64,000 nucleotides of DNA from a bacterium (GTDB taxonomy: Bacteria > Zhuqueibacterota > Zhuqueibacteria > Residuimicrobiales > Residuimicrobiaceae): assembly GCA_036788095.1 (NCBI GenBank), contig DAIQOA010000003.1, positions 17 through 64,016 on the forward strand, read 5' to 3'. Positions 1 through 11,120 of this stretch are shown here, piece after piece (the first letter of the stretch is position 1; every line of letters starts with the position of its first letter). The position numbers were made by a program, and so were the translations under genes. Under the pieces are notes generated by a model. It made no database searches and was not told the origin of the DNA. It saw only the letters and a program-made list of their open reading frames with translations.

Positions 1-513
1 CTCGGGCAGCGGGTAGGTGCCTTCCTGCTCGATCGGGTTTTGCGTGGCCAGCACCAAAAAGGGCGCCGGCAAGGGGAAGGTCTGATCGCCCAGAGTGACT
101 TGGCGTTCCTGCATGGCCTCCAGCAGGGCGGATTGCACTTTGGCCGGGGAACGGTTGATCTCGTCCGCCAGCACCAGATTGGCAAAGATGGGGCCCTTTT
201 TGGCGTTGAACTGGCCGGAGCGCTGATCATAGATCAGCGTGCCGATGATGTCCGCCGGCAGCAGATCAGGGGTGAACTGAATGCGCTGGAATTGGGTGCG
301 GATGACGGACGACAGTGTTTTGACCGTCATGGTTTTGGCCAGACCTGGAACGCCCTCGAGCAGAATATGGCCGTCCGCCAGCATGCCGATCAACAGCCGT
401 TCCACCATATACTTTTGGCCGACAATGACTTTGGCGATCTCTGAGGAAATTTTTTCGACGAACGCGCTCTCTTTTTCGATCTTGGCGTGTATCGCCTGAA
501 TATCCATGTTCAT
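1..513 (-). CDS. MoxR-like AAA+ ATPase, partial (C-terminus lies beyond window start)
   Basis: Reverse-strand translation from ATG at 511-513 (GGAGG 4 nt upstream) reads [14 protein letters not shown]...VIVGQ...[11 protein letters not shown]...[16 protein letters not shown]...[27 protein letters not shown], the MoxR/RavA Walker A/B and sensor pattern. Not in ORF table because it has no stop inside the window. Confidence 0.85.
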   Translation of the reverse strand, partial: MNMDIQAIHAKIEKESAFVEKISSEIAKVIVGQKYMVERLLIGMLADGHILLEGVPGLAKTMTVKTLSSVIRTQFQRIQFTPDLLPADIIGTLIYDQRSGQFNAKKGPIFANLVLADEINRSPAKVQSALLEAMQERQVTLGDQTFPLPAPFLVLATQNPIEQEGTYPLPE

Positions 514-524
514 GGAGCCTCCCA

Positions 525-1472
525 TTACATCGATTGGGGTTTTTGAGCCGAACTCGACAACTGAAATTCGAACAACGTGTACAGTCTTTCCAACGTCGGG
601 CGATCGATCCCGGTTCCGGAAAATTTGGCGACATCCGCGCTGCGGATCACCTCCGCCACATCCGCGGCCACCCGGCTTTCAATGGGCAGCGCCGGCAGCG
701 CGGAGAGAAACTCTTCGCTGGTGGCCTCCAGACCCGGCAGGCCATGCTTTTCAGACCAATATCTGCGCAGCAGTCTGGCGAGCCGCGACAGCGCCTCGCC
801 GGTCTCCAACTCGCTGCTGTCCAAGGGAATCTGCGTCTTGAGCTGCTCCAGATACCGCTCCTCGATGGGCTTTTGCTGCTGCGCCTGAGCCAGGACTTTT
901 TCAGCCTGCAGCTTTTTCTTCTTTTGCCGCGTCGAATAGCCGTAGCCCAAAACCGCGAGCAGCAGCAGGGCCAGCGCCAGGTAATAAAGCCAATGGTGGG
1001 CGCCCGGCTCAGCGACCGGATCCACCACCCTGATCTCAACCCGGTTGGTGAACAGCCGGTATTGTTTGCCGTTGCCCGCATCGGCGTAGCGGACCGTCAG
1101 GCCATTGACATAACCCATGCCCAGGCTGATGGGCCTCAGCGTATATTGAAAATCATGAACCGACAGATTGCGTCCATCCACAACCGCCACGCGATTGGCC
1201 GAGGAATTGCCGACCACCTCAAAATTCTGCGCCGTAAGGTTTTCGAGTTCGATGACCTCGTAGCGATCCAGATCCCCCTGCCACTCCAGCCGGATGGTCA
1301 CCTGGACGGTCCGATTGAGAGGCGCCGTGGATGATTCGGCAAACGCGGACACGCGGATGCCCTCTGCGGGCAGCGCCGGCGCCGTCGCAGTTTGTGAGCA
1401 GACATAGCTCGCCGCCACAAGAGTCAGGCCGAGCCAAAAAACCCTCCTGTGCATACGCTCTCCTTCCAACAA
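525..1472 (-). CDS. hypothetical signal-peptide protein with one mid-protein TM helix and KKKK-rich cytoplasmic tail
   Basis: 315-aa ORF; hydrophobic N-terminus (probable start at [16 protein letters not shown]), internal [19 protein letters not shown] followed by QKKKK; sits directly upstream of moxR. No family recognised. Confidence 0.45.
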   Translation of the reverse strand: MLEGERMHRRVFWLGLTLVAASYVCSQTATAPALPAEGIRVSAFAESSTAPLNRTVQVTIRLEWQGDLDRYEVIELENLTAQNFEVVGNSSANRVAVVDGRNLSVHDFQYTLRPISLGMGYVNGLTVRYADAGNGKQYRLFTNRVEIRVVDPVAEPGAHHWLYYLALALLLLAVLGYGYSTRQKKKKLQAEKVLAQAQQQKPIEERYLEQLKTQIPLDSSELETGEALSRLARLLRRYWSEKHGLPGLEATSEEFLSALPALPIESRVAADVAEVIRSADVAKFSGTGIDRPTLERLYTLFEFQLSSSAQKPQSM

Positions 1473-1502
1473 ATCAACACAGCCCGATGACGATCGAAAT
1501 AG

Positions 1503-2021
1503 TTATTTCTGGGGACTGGCAGGCTTGTCCGCGGGGGTGTCGCCCAACTGCAGTTCGATTTGACTGATGTCTTGTCCCAAATGATCCAGTTCCCATTGAA
1601 CCGAAGAAGCCAGTTCATGCGTGGGCCATTTCTGCAGAAACTGCTGGTAGGCGGTTTTGGCCTTATCCAATTCCTTCAGATCGTTGGCGTACAAGTAGCC
1701 GATCATAAAGGTCGATTGCTTGACATAGTTGCTGTTGGGGTAATCTTTGACGATGCGCTGGTGGGTGGCCACCGCCTGATTAAAATCTTTAAGGTTGTTG
1801 GCATAGGTGATGCCCAGCCGGTACAGCGTCTCCGCCGCCCGGGTGGATTGCGGGTAGGCTTTGACCAGGCGTTCGTACAGCTTGGCCGCCTCGGCCCATT
1901 GTTCTTTGTTCTCCAAGTCCAGCGCCTTGGCGCGCAACTGCTCTTCCGTCAGTTTCTCGCCGCAGCCCCATATGAGCGCCGTAATGAAAAGCATTCCCAG
2001 CAGTCCAGAAGCTCTTCTCAT
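1503..2021 (-). CDS. TPR-repeat lipoprotein
   Basis: 172 aa; lipobox LIWGC after signal peptide; TPR-like A/Y/L periodicity (AEAAKLYERLVKAYP..., YRLGITYANNL..., AVATHQRIVKDYP). Confidence 0.6.
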   Translation of the reverse strand: MRRASGLLGMLFITALIWGCGEKLTEEQLRAKALDLENKEQWAEAAKLYERLVKAYPQSTRAAETLYRLGITYANNLKDFNQAVATHQRIVKDYPNSNYVKQSTFMIGYLYANDLKELDKAKTAYQQFLQKWPTHELASSVQWELDHLGQDISQIELQLGDTPADKPASPQK

Positions 2022-2168
2022 ACACCCTCCGATCAGTGAATGGCCTGTCTATCGCTTAATAGTCCGGCGGCGCTTTTGTACGCCGCCGAATGTGATGCCG
2101 TTTGCCGCATTGATCTGCTCTGCGCAGAATACTTGCTAAAACCGGCAAAGTTCCACTAAAAAAACAGT

Positions 2169-4787
2169 TTATTCACTTTTTTTCTTAAAATCAAGCGAAT
2201 TATCCTTCACCTGCACCACGATTGTCGAACCCGGCGGAAAATCACCCTGCAGCAGCCGCATGGACAGGGGATTGATCAGCTCCTTCTGGATCAACCGCTT
2301 CAGCGGACGGGCGCCGAAGACCGGATCAAAGCCCTTTTCCGCCAGCCACGCCTCTGCCTTGGCTGAGAGCTGCAGAACCAGTTCTTTGCCCTGCAACAGC
2401 TGATGAATCTGTTTCATCTGCAAGCGGACGATCTGGGCGATATGCGCCTGGCTCAGGCTGTGGAACACGATGACCTCGTCAATGCGGTTGAGAAACTCGG
2501 GCCGCAGGCTGCTTTTAAGCAGACTGTGCACCTGCGCGGTGATCTCGTCGTGGATCTGTTCGCGGTTCTCATCCGTGATGCGTTGCGATTGTTCCATGAT
2601 GTACGGCGCGCCGATGTTGGAGGTCATGATGATAATGGTGTTGTTGAAATTCACCGTGCGGCCCTGGTTGTCGGTCAGCCGGCCGTCGTCCAGCACCTGC
2701 AGCAGTACGTTGAACACCTCGGGGTGGGCTTTTTCGATCTCATCCAGCAGAACCACCGCATAGGGCTTGCGCCGCACCGCTTCGGTCAGCTGGCCGCCCT
2801 CTTCATAGCCGACATATCCCGGCGGCGCGCCGATGAGGCGGGAGACCGTGTGCCGTTCACCATACTCGGACATGTCGATGCGCACCATGGCGCGCTCGTC
2901 GTCGAACAGGAACTCCGCCAGCGCCCGCGCCAGCTCGGTCTTGCCCACACCGGTTGAGCCGAGGAAAATGAACGAACCGATGGGATGGTTGGCGGACTGC
3001 AGTCCGGCGCGACTGCGGCGGATCGCATGGGCCACGGCCGAGACCGCCTCCTCCTGATTGATCAGCCGTTGATGGATGCGGTCCTCCATATGGATAAGCT
3101 TTTCCTTTTCACCCTCCAGCATGCGGGTGATCGGGATGCCGGTCCATTTGGCCACCACCTCGGCCACATCCTCTTCGTCCACCTCCTCCTTCAGCATTCT
3201 GCGATCTTTTTGCAGGTCCACCAAGCGGAGGTTGCCCTCTTTGAGCTTTTTCTCCAGTTCCACCAGACGGCCGTATTTCAATTCAGCGGCCTTGGCCAGA
3301 TCGCCTTCGCGCTCCGCCGCGGCCATGGCGGTGCGGCTTTGCTCGATCTGCTCCTTGAGTCCGCGGATCTCGCTGATCGCCTGTTTCTCCAGCTGCCAGT
3401 GGGCTTTCAGCTGGCGCCGCGATTCATCCAGCTCGGCCAGATCCTTGTCCACTTCCTGAAGGCGTTTGGCCGACGCCGCATCGCTCTCTTTCTTCAGCGC
3501 CTGGCGTTCGATCTCCAGCTGTTTATACTTGCGCTCGACCTCGTCCAACTCCACAGGCATCGAGTCGATTTCGATGCGCAACTTGGAGGCCGCTTCGTCG
3601 ATCAGATCGATGGCCTTGTCGGGCAGAAAGCGATCGCTGATGTAGCGGTCCGACAGCGCGGCCGCAGCCACCAGCGCGTTATCCTGAATGCGCACGCCGT
3701 GATGCACTTCGTATTTTTCCTTCAGGCCGCGCAGAATCGACACCGTTTCCTCCACCGAGGGCGGGTTGATCAAAATGGGCTGAAACCGCCGTTCCAGGGC
3801 CGCGTCCTTTTCTATGTGTTTGCGGTATTCGTCCAGCGTGGTGGCGCCGATGCAGTGCAGCTCACCGCGCGCCAGCGCCGGTTTGAGCATATTGGACGCG
3901 TCCATGGCGCCCTCGGCGGCGCCGGCGCCCACCAGCGTATGCAGTTCGTCGATGAAGAGAATGAACCGCTCTTCGCCCTCGTGGATCTCCCGCAGTACGG
4001 CCTTGAGCCGTTCCTCAAATTCGCCGCGGAACTTGGCGCCGGCGATCAGGCTGCCCAGGTCCAGGGCCATGATCCGTTTATTCTTGAGGTTCTCCGGCAC
4101 ATCGCCCTGAACGATGCGCTGGGCGATGCCCTCCACGACCGCGGTTTTACCCACCCCCGGCTCGCCGATGACCACTGGGTTATTTTTCGTCCGGCGCGAC
4201 AGCACCTGCAGCACGCGACGGATCTCATCATCGCGACCGATCACCGGATCCAGCTTGCCGGTGGAGGCCAGTTCGTTGAGATCGCGGGCATAGCGCTTTA
4301 ACGCCTGATACTTTTCCTCCGGCGCCTGGTCCGTCACCCGTTGTGAGCCGCGCAGCTCCTTGAGCACGGTCAAGATCACATCCCGGCTGACGCCGAATTC
4401 TCGCAGCGTCTGGCCGGCGATGGTCTGATCCTCGCACAGACCGAGCAGAATATGTTCGACGCTGATATAGTCATCCTTGAGCCGGCTCGCCTCTTTCACT
4501 GCGGTCTCTAACACCGCATTGGCAGCCGACGAGATATACATCTGTCCAAGGCCGCCGCCCTTAACCTGCGGCAGCTGCTCAATGGCCGATGCCGCGCGAT
4601 TTCTCACCACATCGGGCTCTTCGCCGATCTTTTTCAGGATCGTGCGGCTCATGGCATCCGCCGGCTCCAGCAACACATAGAGCAGATGCACCGGTTCGAT
4701 CTGCTGCTGTCCGTGCTCAGAGGCCAGCTGCTGCGCCCGGTTCAACGCCTCCTGGGATTTAACCGTCAATTTGTCAAAAGAGATCAT
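2169..4787 (-). CDS. clpB: ATP-dependent chaperone ClpB
   Basis: 872 aa; N-domain, two AAA modules ([18 protein letters not shown]; [15 protein letters not shown]), long coiled-coil middle domain. Confidence 0.95.
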   Translation of the reverse strand: MISFDKLTVKSQEALNRAQQLASEHGQQQIEPVHLLYVLLEPADAMSRTILKKIGEEPDVVRNRAASAIEQLPQVKGGGLGQMYISSAANAVLETAVKEASRLKDDYISVEHILLGLCEDQTIAGQTLREFGVSRDVILTVLKELRGSQRVTDQAPEEKYQALKRYARDLNELASTGKLDPVIGRDDEIRRVLQVLSRRTKNNPVVIGEPGVGKTAVVEGIAQRIVQGDVPENLKNKRIMALDLGSLIAGAKFRGEFEERLKAVLREIHEGEERFILFIDELHTLVGAGAAEGAMDASNMLKPALARGELHCIGATTLDEYRKHIEKDAALERRFQPILINPPSVEETVSILRGLKEKYEVHHGVRIQDNALVAAAALSDRYISDRFLPDKAIDLIDEAASKLRIEIDSMPVELDEVERKYKQLEIERQALKKESDAASAKRLQEVDKDLAELDESRRQLKAHWQLEKQAISEIRGLKEQIEQSRTAMAAAEREGDLAKAAELKYGRLVELEKKLKEGNLRLVDLQKDRRMLKEEVDEEDVAEVVAKWTGIPITRMLEGEKEKLIHMEDRIHQRLINQEEAVSAVAHAIRRSRAGLQSANHPIGSFIFLGSTGVGKTELARALAEFLFDDERAMVRIDMSEYGERHTVSRLIGAPPGYVGYEEGGQLTEAVRRKPYAVVLLDEIEKAHPEVFNVLLQVLDDGRLTDNQGRTVNFNNTIIIMTSNIGAPYIMEQSQRITDENREQIHDEITAQVHSLLKSSLRPEFLNRIDEVIVFHSLSQAHIAQIVRLQMKQIHQLLQGKELVLQLSAKAEAWLAEKGFDPVFGARPLKRLIQKELINPLSMRLLQGDFPPGSTIVVQVKDNSLDFKKKSE

Positions 4788-4853
4788 AGGATGCGATACT
4801 CCCCATATTATAATGCCGGGCTTTTTTCAAGCCCGGCATCTTACTGATCAGCC

Positions 4854-6767
4854 TTATTTCTTATCGTCCACTACTTCAAAATCCGCCTCCTCGGCATCCG
4901 GCTTTTTCGGCTCATCCGAGCTGCCGGGTCCGGGCTCCGCAGCGCTCTGGGCGCCCGCAGTCTGGGCGCCGGCCGCTTCATACATCTTGCTGGCCATCTG
5001 GTGCAACAGCTGGGTCAGCGCTTCGATGCCGGATTTGATCTCCTGCAGGTTCTCGGTCTTGACCGCTTCCCGCAGCCGGCCGACACCGGCTTCCAATTTG
5101 TTCTTGGTTTCAGAATCGATCTTGTCGCCCGCATCCTTGATCTGCTTTTCGGTCTGATAGATGATCTGATCCGCCTGGTTGCGGGTGTCGATCAATTCGC
5201 GTTTCTTCTTATCCTCAGCCGCATGCGCCTTGGCGTCATTGACCATCTTTTCCACCTCATCCTTGCTCAGACCCGTGGAGGCGGTAATGCGGATGGACTG
5301 CTCCTTATTGGTCGCTTTATCCTTGGCGGAAACGTTGAGAATGCCGTTGGCATCGATGTCAAAAGTCACCTCGATCTGCGGCACGCCGCGCGGCGCGGGT
5401 GGAATGCCGTCGAGATGAAAACGGCCCAGGGTGCGGCTGTCCACGGCCATCTCGCGCTCGCCCTGAAGCACATGAATCTCCACCGAGGTCTGACTGTCAG
5501 AGGCCGTGGAGAACACCTCGGATTTGCGCGTCGGAATGGTGGTGTTCTTTTCGATGATCTTGGTCGCCACACCCCCCAGCGTCTCAATGCCCAGCGAAAG
5601 CGGAGTGACGTCCAGCAGCAGCACGTCTTTCACGTCGCCGCCGAGCACGCCGCCCTGAATCGCAGCGCCGACCGCCACCACCTCGTCGGGATTGACGCCG
5701 CGGTGAGGCTCTTTGCCGAACAGATCGCGGACGATCTGCTGCACCTTGGGCATGCGTGTGGAACCGCCCACCAGCACCACCTCATCGATCTGCTGGGCTG
5801 AAAGTCCGGCATCCTTGAGCGCGATCCGGCAGGGCTCTACCGTGCGCTGGAAAAGCGCATCGCACAATTGTTCGAACTTGGCGCGAGTCAGCGTCATGCT
5901 CAGGTGTTTGGGACCGGAATCCGTAGCCGTGATGAACGGCAGATTGATCTCGGTCTGCGCGGTGGTGGACAGCTCGCACTTGGCTTTTTCCGCCGCCTCT
6001 TTCAGACGCTGCACCGCCATGGGATCCTTGGATAGATCCACGCCCTCCAGCTTGACGAACTCATCCACCATCCAGTCGATGATGCGCTGATCGAAATCAT
6101 CGCCGCCGAGGTGGGTGTCGCCGTTGGTGGACTTGACCTCGAACACGCCGTCGCCGATCTCCAGAACCGAGATGTCAAAGGTTCCACCGCCCAAATCGAA
6201 CACCGCGATCTTTTCATTCTTCTTTTTATCCAACCCGTAAGCCAGAGAAGCGGCGGTCGGTTCATTGATAATGCGGCGCACATTCAGCCCGGCGATCTCG
6301 CCGGCCTCTTTGGTGGCCTGGCGCTGACTGTCGTTGAAATAAGCCGGAACCGTGATGACCGCATCGGTTACTTTTTGGCCCAGATAATCCTCCGCCGTCT
6401 GTCGCATCTTTTGCAGAATCATCGCCGAGATCTCTTGCGGCGTGTACTCTTTTTCATCGGTCTTGACTTTGACCACATCGTTCTGGCCGCGGATGATCTT
6501 GTAGGGAACCTCCTCCTGCTCGCTATGCACTTCGTCGTAACGCCGCCCCATAAATCGTTTGATGGAATAGATGGTTTTCTGTGGATTGGTGATAGCCTGA
6601 CGTTTTGCCACCTGGCCCACCAGCCTTTCGCCGGTCTTGGTAAACGCCACTACCGACGGCGTGGTGCGCGCGCCTTCGGAATTGGGTATGACTACCGGCT
6701 CGCCGCCCTCCATCACCGCAACACACGAATTGGTGGTTCCCAGATCGATGCCGATTATTTTTCCCAT
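4854..6767 (-). CDS. dnaK: molecular chaperone DnaK (Hsp70)
   Basis: 637 aa; [26 protein letters not shown], Hsp70 signatures throughout. Confidence 0.97.
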   Translation of the reverse strand: MGKIIGIDLGTTNSCVAVMEGGEPVVIPNSEGARTTPSVVAFTKTGERLVGQVAKRQAITNPQKTIYSIKRFMGRRYDEVHSEQEEVPYKIIRGQNDVVKVKTDEKEYTPQEISAMILQKMRQTAEDYLGQKVTDAVITVPAYFNDSQRQATKEAGEIAGLNVRRIINEPTAASLAYGLDKKKNEKIAVFDLGGGTFDISVLEIGDGVFEVKSTNGDTHLGGDDFDQRIIDWMVDEFVKLEGVDLSKDPMAVQRLKEAAEKAKCELSTTAQTEINLPFITATDSGPKHLSMTLTRAKFEQLCDALFQRTVEPCRIALKDAGLSAQQIDEVVLVGGSTRMPKVQQIVRDLFGKEPHRGVNPDEVVAVGAAIQGGVLGGDVKDVLLLDVTPLSLGIETLGGVATKIIEKNTTIPTRKSEVFSTASDSQTSVEIHVLQGEREMAVDSRTLGRFHLDGIPPAPRGVPQIEVTFDIDANGILNVSAKDKATNKEQSIRITASTGLSKDEVEKMVNDAKAHAAEDKKKRELIDTRNQADQIIYQTEKQIKDAGDKIDSETKNKLEAGVGRLREAVKTENLQEIKSGIEALTQLLHQMASKMYEAAGAQTAGAQSAAEPGPGSSDEPKKPDAEEADFEVVDDKK

Positions 6768-6924
6768 GGTAATGCTCTCCCTCTATGTTTAATAATGATA
6801 TTTATCCGCACAGATCATACCTATTAAAGACAAGCGTAATGCAAAACCTGACCTGTACACCTATTCCCTTAAACTTAACAAATCTCATGCCAGGAGGTAT
6901 GCATGAAAAAATATAATGCTAAAA

Positions 6925-6967
6925 CACAAAAAAACAGGCAGATAAATTAAAGCCCATTATCTGCCTG
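6925..6967 (-). terminator. rho-independent terminator downstream of FmdB-family gene
   Basis: Minus-sense CAGGCAGATAAtgggctttaaTTATCTGCCTG hairpin followed by a run of 7-8 U. Confidence 0.6.
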
Positions 6968-7037
6968 TTATTAAGGTTATATCTGCCATATCGCCCATAA
7001 ATACGCCACAATGGCAGAAGGACGGGCAAAAACGTAC

Positions 7038-7394
7038 TCAAGCGGCTGCTTTGTCGGATTTGCTTTTGGTCTCTTTGGTTTTGTCAGGTGAGGAGCCTGC
7101 TGGTTTGCTGTCAGCGGGCTTGGGCTCGGTTGTTTTAGAGCCGGCAGTTTCCTTATTTTGACTGCTCTCGCCGGCGGCGGGTGAATGAGAGGACGATGCA
7201 GTGGAAGAATTGCTCTTTTTGTAATCCGTGATGTAAAAACCGGATCCTTTGAAAATCAGTCCCATCCCCGCTCCCATCAACCGCTGAACCGGGCCGGCAC
7301 ATTGGGGGCAAGTCGTAATCGGTGCGTCGCTCATTTTCTGAAATGCTTCGAACCGGTAATCGCACAGGGTGCAGCGGTATTCGTACGTCGGCAT
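7038..7394 (-). CDS. FmdB-family zinc-ribbon protein with Ser/Lys-rich low-complexity tail
   Basis: MPTYEYRCTLCDYRFE...CPQCAG: CxxC-x-CxxC zinc ribbon typical of FmdB family; C-terminal S/K/T/P-rich tail. Confidence 0.6.
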   Translation of the reverse strand: MPTYEYRCTLCDYRFEAFQKMSDAPITTCPQCAGPVQRLMGAGMGLIFKGSGFYITDYKKSNSSTASSSHSPAAGESSQNKETAGSKTTEPKPADSKPAGSSPDKTKETKSKSDKAAA

Positions 7395-7470
7395 ATCCTA
7401 TCCTCTTTCCTTTGCACAAACAATAAAAATCCCGGCCGGGATGAGACATCCCGGCCGGGGGATTACAGCG

Positions 7471-8970
7471 CTATTTCTTTTTCGGCACGCGCAGGGCGCG
7501 CAGATAGCTGTTGTCGTCGCGGAAGATGCGCAGCAGAACCACATCGTCCTCTTTCAGGCCTTTCACCGCCGCCTGATAATCGCGGACGGATTTGACCGGT
7601 TTGTTATTGACCGAGGTGATGATGTCGCCGCGCTCGATGCCTTTGCGGTCCGCCGGTGAATTGGGGGTAACGCGGCTGACCACCACGCCGCTCACATTTT
7701 GGGCGCCGAGCCGTTCCGCCAGCTGATCGGTCAGCTCTTGCACGGTGATGCCCAGTTGCTGCGCTTGGTCTTCGCCGGCCACAGCGGTTTCTGTTTCACC
7801 CTCAGTGGGACGTTCGCCCAGTTTGACCGACAGCTTTTTCTCTTTCTGGTTGCGCCAGACCAGCATGTCGATGCTGGCGCCCGGCGCCAGGCCGGCGACA
7901 AAATTGGTCAACTGCTCAGAGCCGGCGATCTCGGTGTTGTTGATCTTGAGAATGATGTCATCTTTTTCCAATCCGGCTTTTTCCGCCGGTCCATCCTCGA
8001 CCACCTTTTGCACCAGGGCGCCGCTGACCTGGCTCAGTCCCATGGCCTTGGCCATATCCTCATCCAGCGACTGCACGTATACGCCCAGCCAGCCGCGGGT
8101 GACTTTGCCTTTGCTGATCAGTTGTTCCATGATGTTCTTGGCCAAGTTGACCGGAATGGCAAAACCGATGCCGACGTTCGCCTGTCCGACGATCGCCGTG
8201 TTGATGCCCACCAGTTCGCCGCGCAGATTGACCAAGGCGCCGCCGCTGTTGCCGGGATTGATGGCCGCATCGGTTTGGATAAAGTCCTGATAGGTGAGCC
8301 GCGACCCGCTGCCGAGACCGGACAGGGATCGTCCTTTGGCGCTGACGATGCCGGCGGTCACGGTGTTCTGCAGCTCATCGGAGAAGGGATTGCCGATGGC
8401 CATCACCCATTCGCCCACCTGCAGTTTATCCGAATCACCCAGGTTGACGGTCGGCAGTCCGCTCTTTTCGATCTTGATCACCGCCACATCGCTTCCCGGA
8501 TCCTTGCCGACAACCTTGGCTTCATACTCTTTGCGGTTGATGGTGACCGTGATCTCATCCGCATCGCTGATCACATGATTGTTGGTGATGATATAGCCGT
8601 CCGGGTTGACGATCACACCCGATCCCAGTCCGCGCATGACCCGTTCCTGGCTGCCCTCCGGTAGATCAAAAAACTGACGGAAAAAAGGATCGTTTAAAAA
8701 TGGATGGCTGGGCTGTTTGACGGTTTGCGTGCTGTTGATGGTCACCACCGCCGGATTGGCGATCTGGGCGACATGGACAAACGCCTTGCTCAAATTCTGC
8801 AGCCCTGCCAATTCCTCCGGCACAGGTTCATTGGCGCCCAGCGGTACCGGATTGCGACTTGCGGCAACCTCTCCCACCAGTCCGCTGAAATTAGCCGACA
8901 ACACCAGCATGGCGGTCATGCCGATAAACACGCCGAGAAACAAAAGCACGATATTCTTTCTGCTTTTCAT
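7471..8970 (-). CDS. htrA: HtrA/DegP-family periplasmic serine endoprotease (trypsin domain plus two PDZ domains)
   Basis: GNSGGAL catalytic Ser motif, His/Asp context, two PDZ-like segments; start set at MKSRKN (AAGGA 8 nt upstream) rather than ORF-table start. Confidence 0.85.
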   Translation of the reverse strand: MKSRKNIVLLFLGVFIGMTAMLVLSANFSGLVGEVAASRNPVPLGANEPVPEELAGLQNLSKAFVHVAQIANPAVVTINSTQTVKQPSHPFLNDPFFRQFFDLPEGSQERVMRGLGSGVIVNPDGYIITNNHVISDADEITVTINRKEYEAKVVGKDPGSDVAVIKIEKSGLPTVNLGDSDKLQVGEWVMAIGNPFSDELQNTVTAGIVSAKGRSLSGLGSGSRLTYQDFIQTDAAINPGNSGGALVNLRGELVGINTAIVGQANVGIGFAIPVNLAKNIMEQLISKGKVTRGWLGVYVQSLDEDMAKAMGLSQVSGALVQKVVEDGPAEKAGLEKDDIILKINNTEIAGSEQLTNFVAGLAPGASIDMLVWRNQKEKKLSVKLGERPTEGETETAVAGEDQAQQLGITVQELTDQLAERLGAQNVSGVVVSRVTPNSPADRKGIERGDIITSVNNKPVKSVRDYQAAVKGLKEDDVVLLRIFRDDNSYLRALRVPKKK

Positions 8971-9046
8971 GACATATCCTTTCATCATCTATCCGTTCGG
9001 TTATGGGAACGGAGATTGAACGAGACAAAAGCGACCAGGTTCCGCC

Positions 9047-9928
9047 CTAGTAATCCAAACCCATTTGACCGGCAAATTTTTTCAGCGTTTCTTTTGCCGC
9101 CTCTGAGGTCACCACCGGTATTTCGACACGAACCGACACGTAAAAATCGCCCGCGGCTTGCGCGGTTTTAACGCCCAACCCCTTCAGCTTGAACAGCCTG
9201 TCGTTCTGTGTGCCGGCGGGAATTTTTATCTCCACCGTCTGTCCGTAAACAGTGGTCGCCAGTATGCTGGAGCCAAGCAAGGCCTGCACCAGGTTGATCA
9301 CCGCGGTGGAATACACATCCAGCCCTTGACGTCTGAAGCGGGGGTGGGGTTGAACATGAATGGTGATGAACAGATCGCCGCGCTGCCGTCCGCCGCTTGA
9401 AACACGACCCTGGCCCGAAAGCCGGATCCGTTTGCCATCCTCGATCCCGGCCGGAATGGTCACCGCAATTTTTTTGCCAGTTGCCCCCTGCAGGGTCACC
9501 ATCTGTTTGCCGCCGCGCAGTGCGGTTTCGAACGGCACCGTGATCTCAGCCTGCAGGTCCAGCTCCTCCGGCATGGCGGAAAAACCGTTGCCGTGACTCT
9601 GGTTGAAAAATTGCGAGAAAATATCACTGAGGTTAAAATCATCAAAGCTGTAGGAACTGCGATGGCCGGTCCCGGCGCGCGAACGATAATTTAAGCCGCT
9701 GAAATCAGCGGACCCTAACCGACGCATTTGATCATACTGCGCCCGCTTCTTCTCATCGCTCAAAACCGAATAGGCTTCAGAGATCTCTTTGAACCGCTCC
9801 TCCGCCTTTTTGTCGTTCGGATGGGCGTCCGGATGATGCTTTTTGGCTAAAACCCGGTAGGCCTTCTTGATCTCCTCGGCCCCGGCCTTTTCATCTAGCC
9901 CCAATATTTCATAATAATCTTTGTTCAT
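9047..9928 (-). CDS. DnaJ-domain co-chaperone without zinc-finger region (CbpA-like)
   Basis: J domain DYYEILGL...HPD...YDQ; no CxxCxGxG repeats; C-terminal DnaJ_C-like beta domains. Confidence 0.75.
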   Translation of the reverse strand: MNKDYYEILGLDEKAGAEEIKKAYRVLAKKHHPDAHPNDKKAEERFKEISEAYSVLSDEKKRAQYDQMRRLGSADFSGLNYRSRAGTGHRSSYSFDDFNLSDIFSQFFNQSHGNGFSAMPEELDLQAEITVPFETALRGGKQMVTLQGATGKKIAVTIPAGIEDGKRIRLSGQGRVSSGGRQRGDLFITIHVQPHPRFRRQGLDVYSTAVINLVQALLGSSILATTVYGQTVEIKIPAGTQNDRLFKLKGLGVKTAQAAGDFYVSVRVEIPVVTSEAAKETLKKFAGQMGLDY

Positions 9929-10142
9929 TCAAGCACGCTGTTTTTATCCTTACGAAATAAAGCAATCACTATGCCAAAGCGCAGAACAAAGATTAAAAAT
10001 TTTAAATACAATAACTTATAAATAGCTTTACAAATAAAAGCTCTTGTCAAATTGGCATAAATAGGCAGATATTGTCACACTTCACCATCATTCCAGCACA
10101 AACCAGTACAACCAGTTCACTATAGCTATTATCACGATAAAC

Positions 10143-10170
10143 GCCCCTTTATCTCATGATAAAAGGGGGC
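10143..10170. terminator. hairpin (CCCCTTTATC/GATAAAGGGG) downstream of metallopeptidase gene
   Basis: Inverted repeat in the AT-rich gap between convergent minus-strand gene units; U-rich tract follows on minus-sense. Confidence 0.35.
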
Positions 10171-10178
10171 GCTCGGCA

Positions 10179-10853
10179 TTAATCATGGTTTCGGATCATG
10201 ATCAGGCGGATCAGTTGCATCACCGCCATGGCAGCGGCTGCCACATAGGTCAGTGCGGCTGCGTCCAGAACGCTCTTGGCGCCCTGAATTTCATCGTTGC
10301 GTAAAAAACCTCCGCTGGTTAACTGCGCCATGGCGCGCCGGCTGGCATTGAACTCGACCGGCAAGGTCACCAACGTGAAAGCGACGGCGCCGAGAAACAT
10401 CACGATGCCGATGGTGACGAGAAAGTCCATGCGCATCAGCATGCCGCCGAGGAAAAGGGGGATGGCCAGCTTGGAGCCGATGTTGGCCACCGGCAGAATG
10501 GCACTGCGCAGCGAGAGCGCGGAATAGGCGGTATGGTGTTGAATGGCGTGACCGGTTTCATGAGCCGCCACGCCCAGAGCGGCCAATGAATTGGAATCGT
10601 ACACCGGTTCAGAGAGCCGCAGCACTTTATGGGTCGGATCGTAATGATCGGAGAGCGATCCCGGCACGGTTTCGACTTTCACATCATCGATGCCGTTGCG
10701 CTGTAAGAGCATGCGCGCCACCTGCGCTCCGGTCATGCCGGAAGCAGCCCGCCGTTCGCTCATCTTTTTAAACGTGCTGCTCACTTTCCACTGGGCATAG
10801 ACGCTCAGGATCAAGGCCGGCAGCAACAACATCATGTCGCTCATGGTAAACAT
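10179..10853 (-). CDS. YugP-like membrane zinc metallopeptidase (Zn_peptidase_2 family)
   Basis: 224 aa, HExxH (AHETGHAIQH), TM segments at both ends; matches COG2738/PF04298 architecture. Confidence 0.7.
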   Translation of the reverse strand: MFTMSDMMLLLPALILSVYAQWKVSSTFKKMSERRAASGMTGAQVARMLLQRNGIDDVKVETVPGSLSDHYDPTHKVLRLSEPVYDSNSLAALGVAAHETGHAIQHHTAYSALSLRSAILPVANIGSKLAIPLFLGGMLMRMDFLVTIGIVMFLGAVAFTLVTLPVEFNASRRAMAQLTSGGFLRNDEIQGAKSVLDAAALTYVAAAAMAVMQLIRLIMIRNHD

Positions 10854-10989
10854 CGCGTACCTCCTGTCGATAAGGGTCTTTCTATTAGATAGCGTTGGGG
10901 GTAAAAGGGTTCACCAAATCGTGCATAGAACGTTGCCTAAAACCACACCCCCTCCGCTGACCATTTCAACGCGGCAAACGCCGGATTGT

Positions 10990-11058
10990 TTCCGGTGCAC
11001 CCGCCGTCTGCTCCACACCCCTTGGCCGGCGGTGCACCATCCTCTTTTTTCAATCACC
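10990..11058 (+). terminator. orphan plus-strand intrinsic terminator-like hairpin plus T-tract
   Basis: GGTGCACCCGCCG...CGGCGGTGCACC stem followed by ATCCTCTTTTTT on the plus strand; no plus-strand CDS upstream. Confidence 0.3.
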
Positions 11059-11120
11059 GCCCGGCCATTCTCGATGCTGCGGGAACGGACGCGAACGATT
11101 TGCATCAAAGACCGCTGCGC

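Noticed and set aside
40-444. 134-aa plus-strand ORF at the window start and 266..634(-) ORF
   Set aside because: Both are off-frame or antisense to the MoxR ATPase coding sequence, which translates cleanly on the minus strand from 513 to the window edge.
2985-4301. Long antisense ORFs opposite recognised genes: 2985..4301(+), 11921..13714(+), 22000..23610(+), 23969..26530(+), 53254..54486(+), 57329..59443(+), 36002-region (+) ORFs, 534..1334(+)
   Set aside because: High-GC DNA yields long stop-free antisense frames. The opposite strand in each case encodes a clearly conserved protein (ClpB, acyl-CoA ligase, PurQ/PurL, histidine kinase, ABC exporter, permease), and the antisense translations are Arg/Ala/Gly-rich with no family resemblance.
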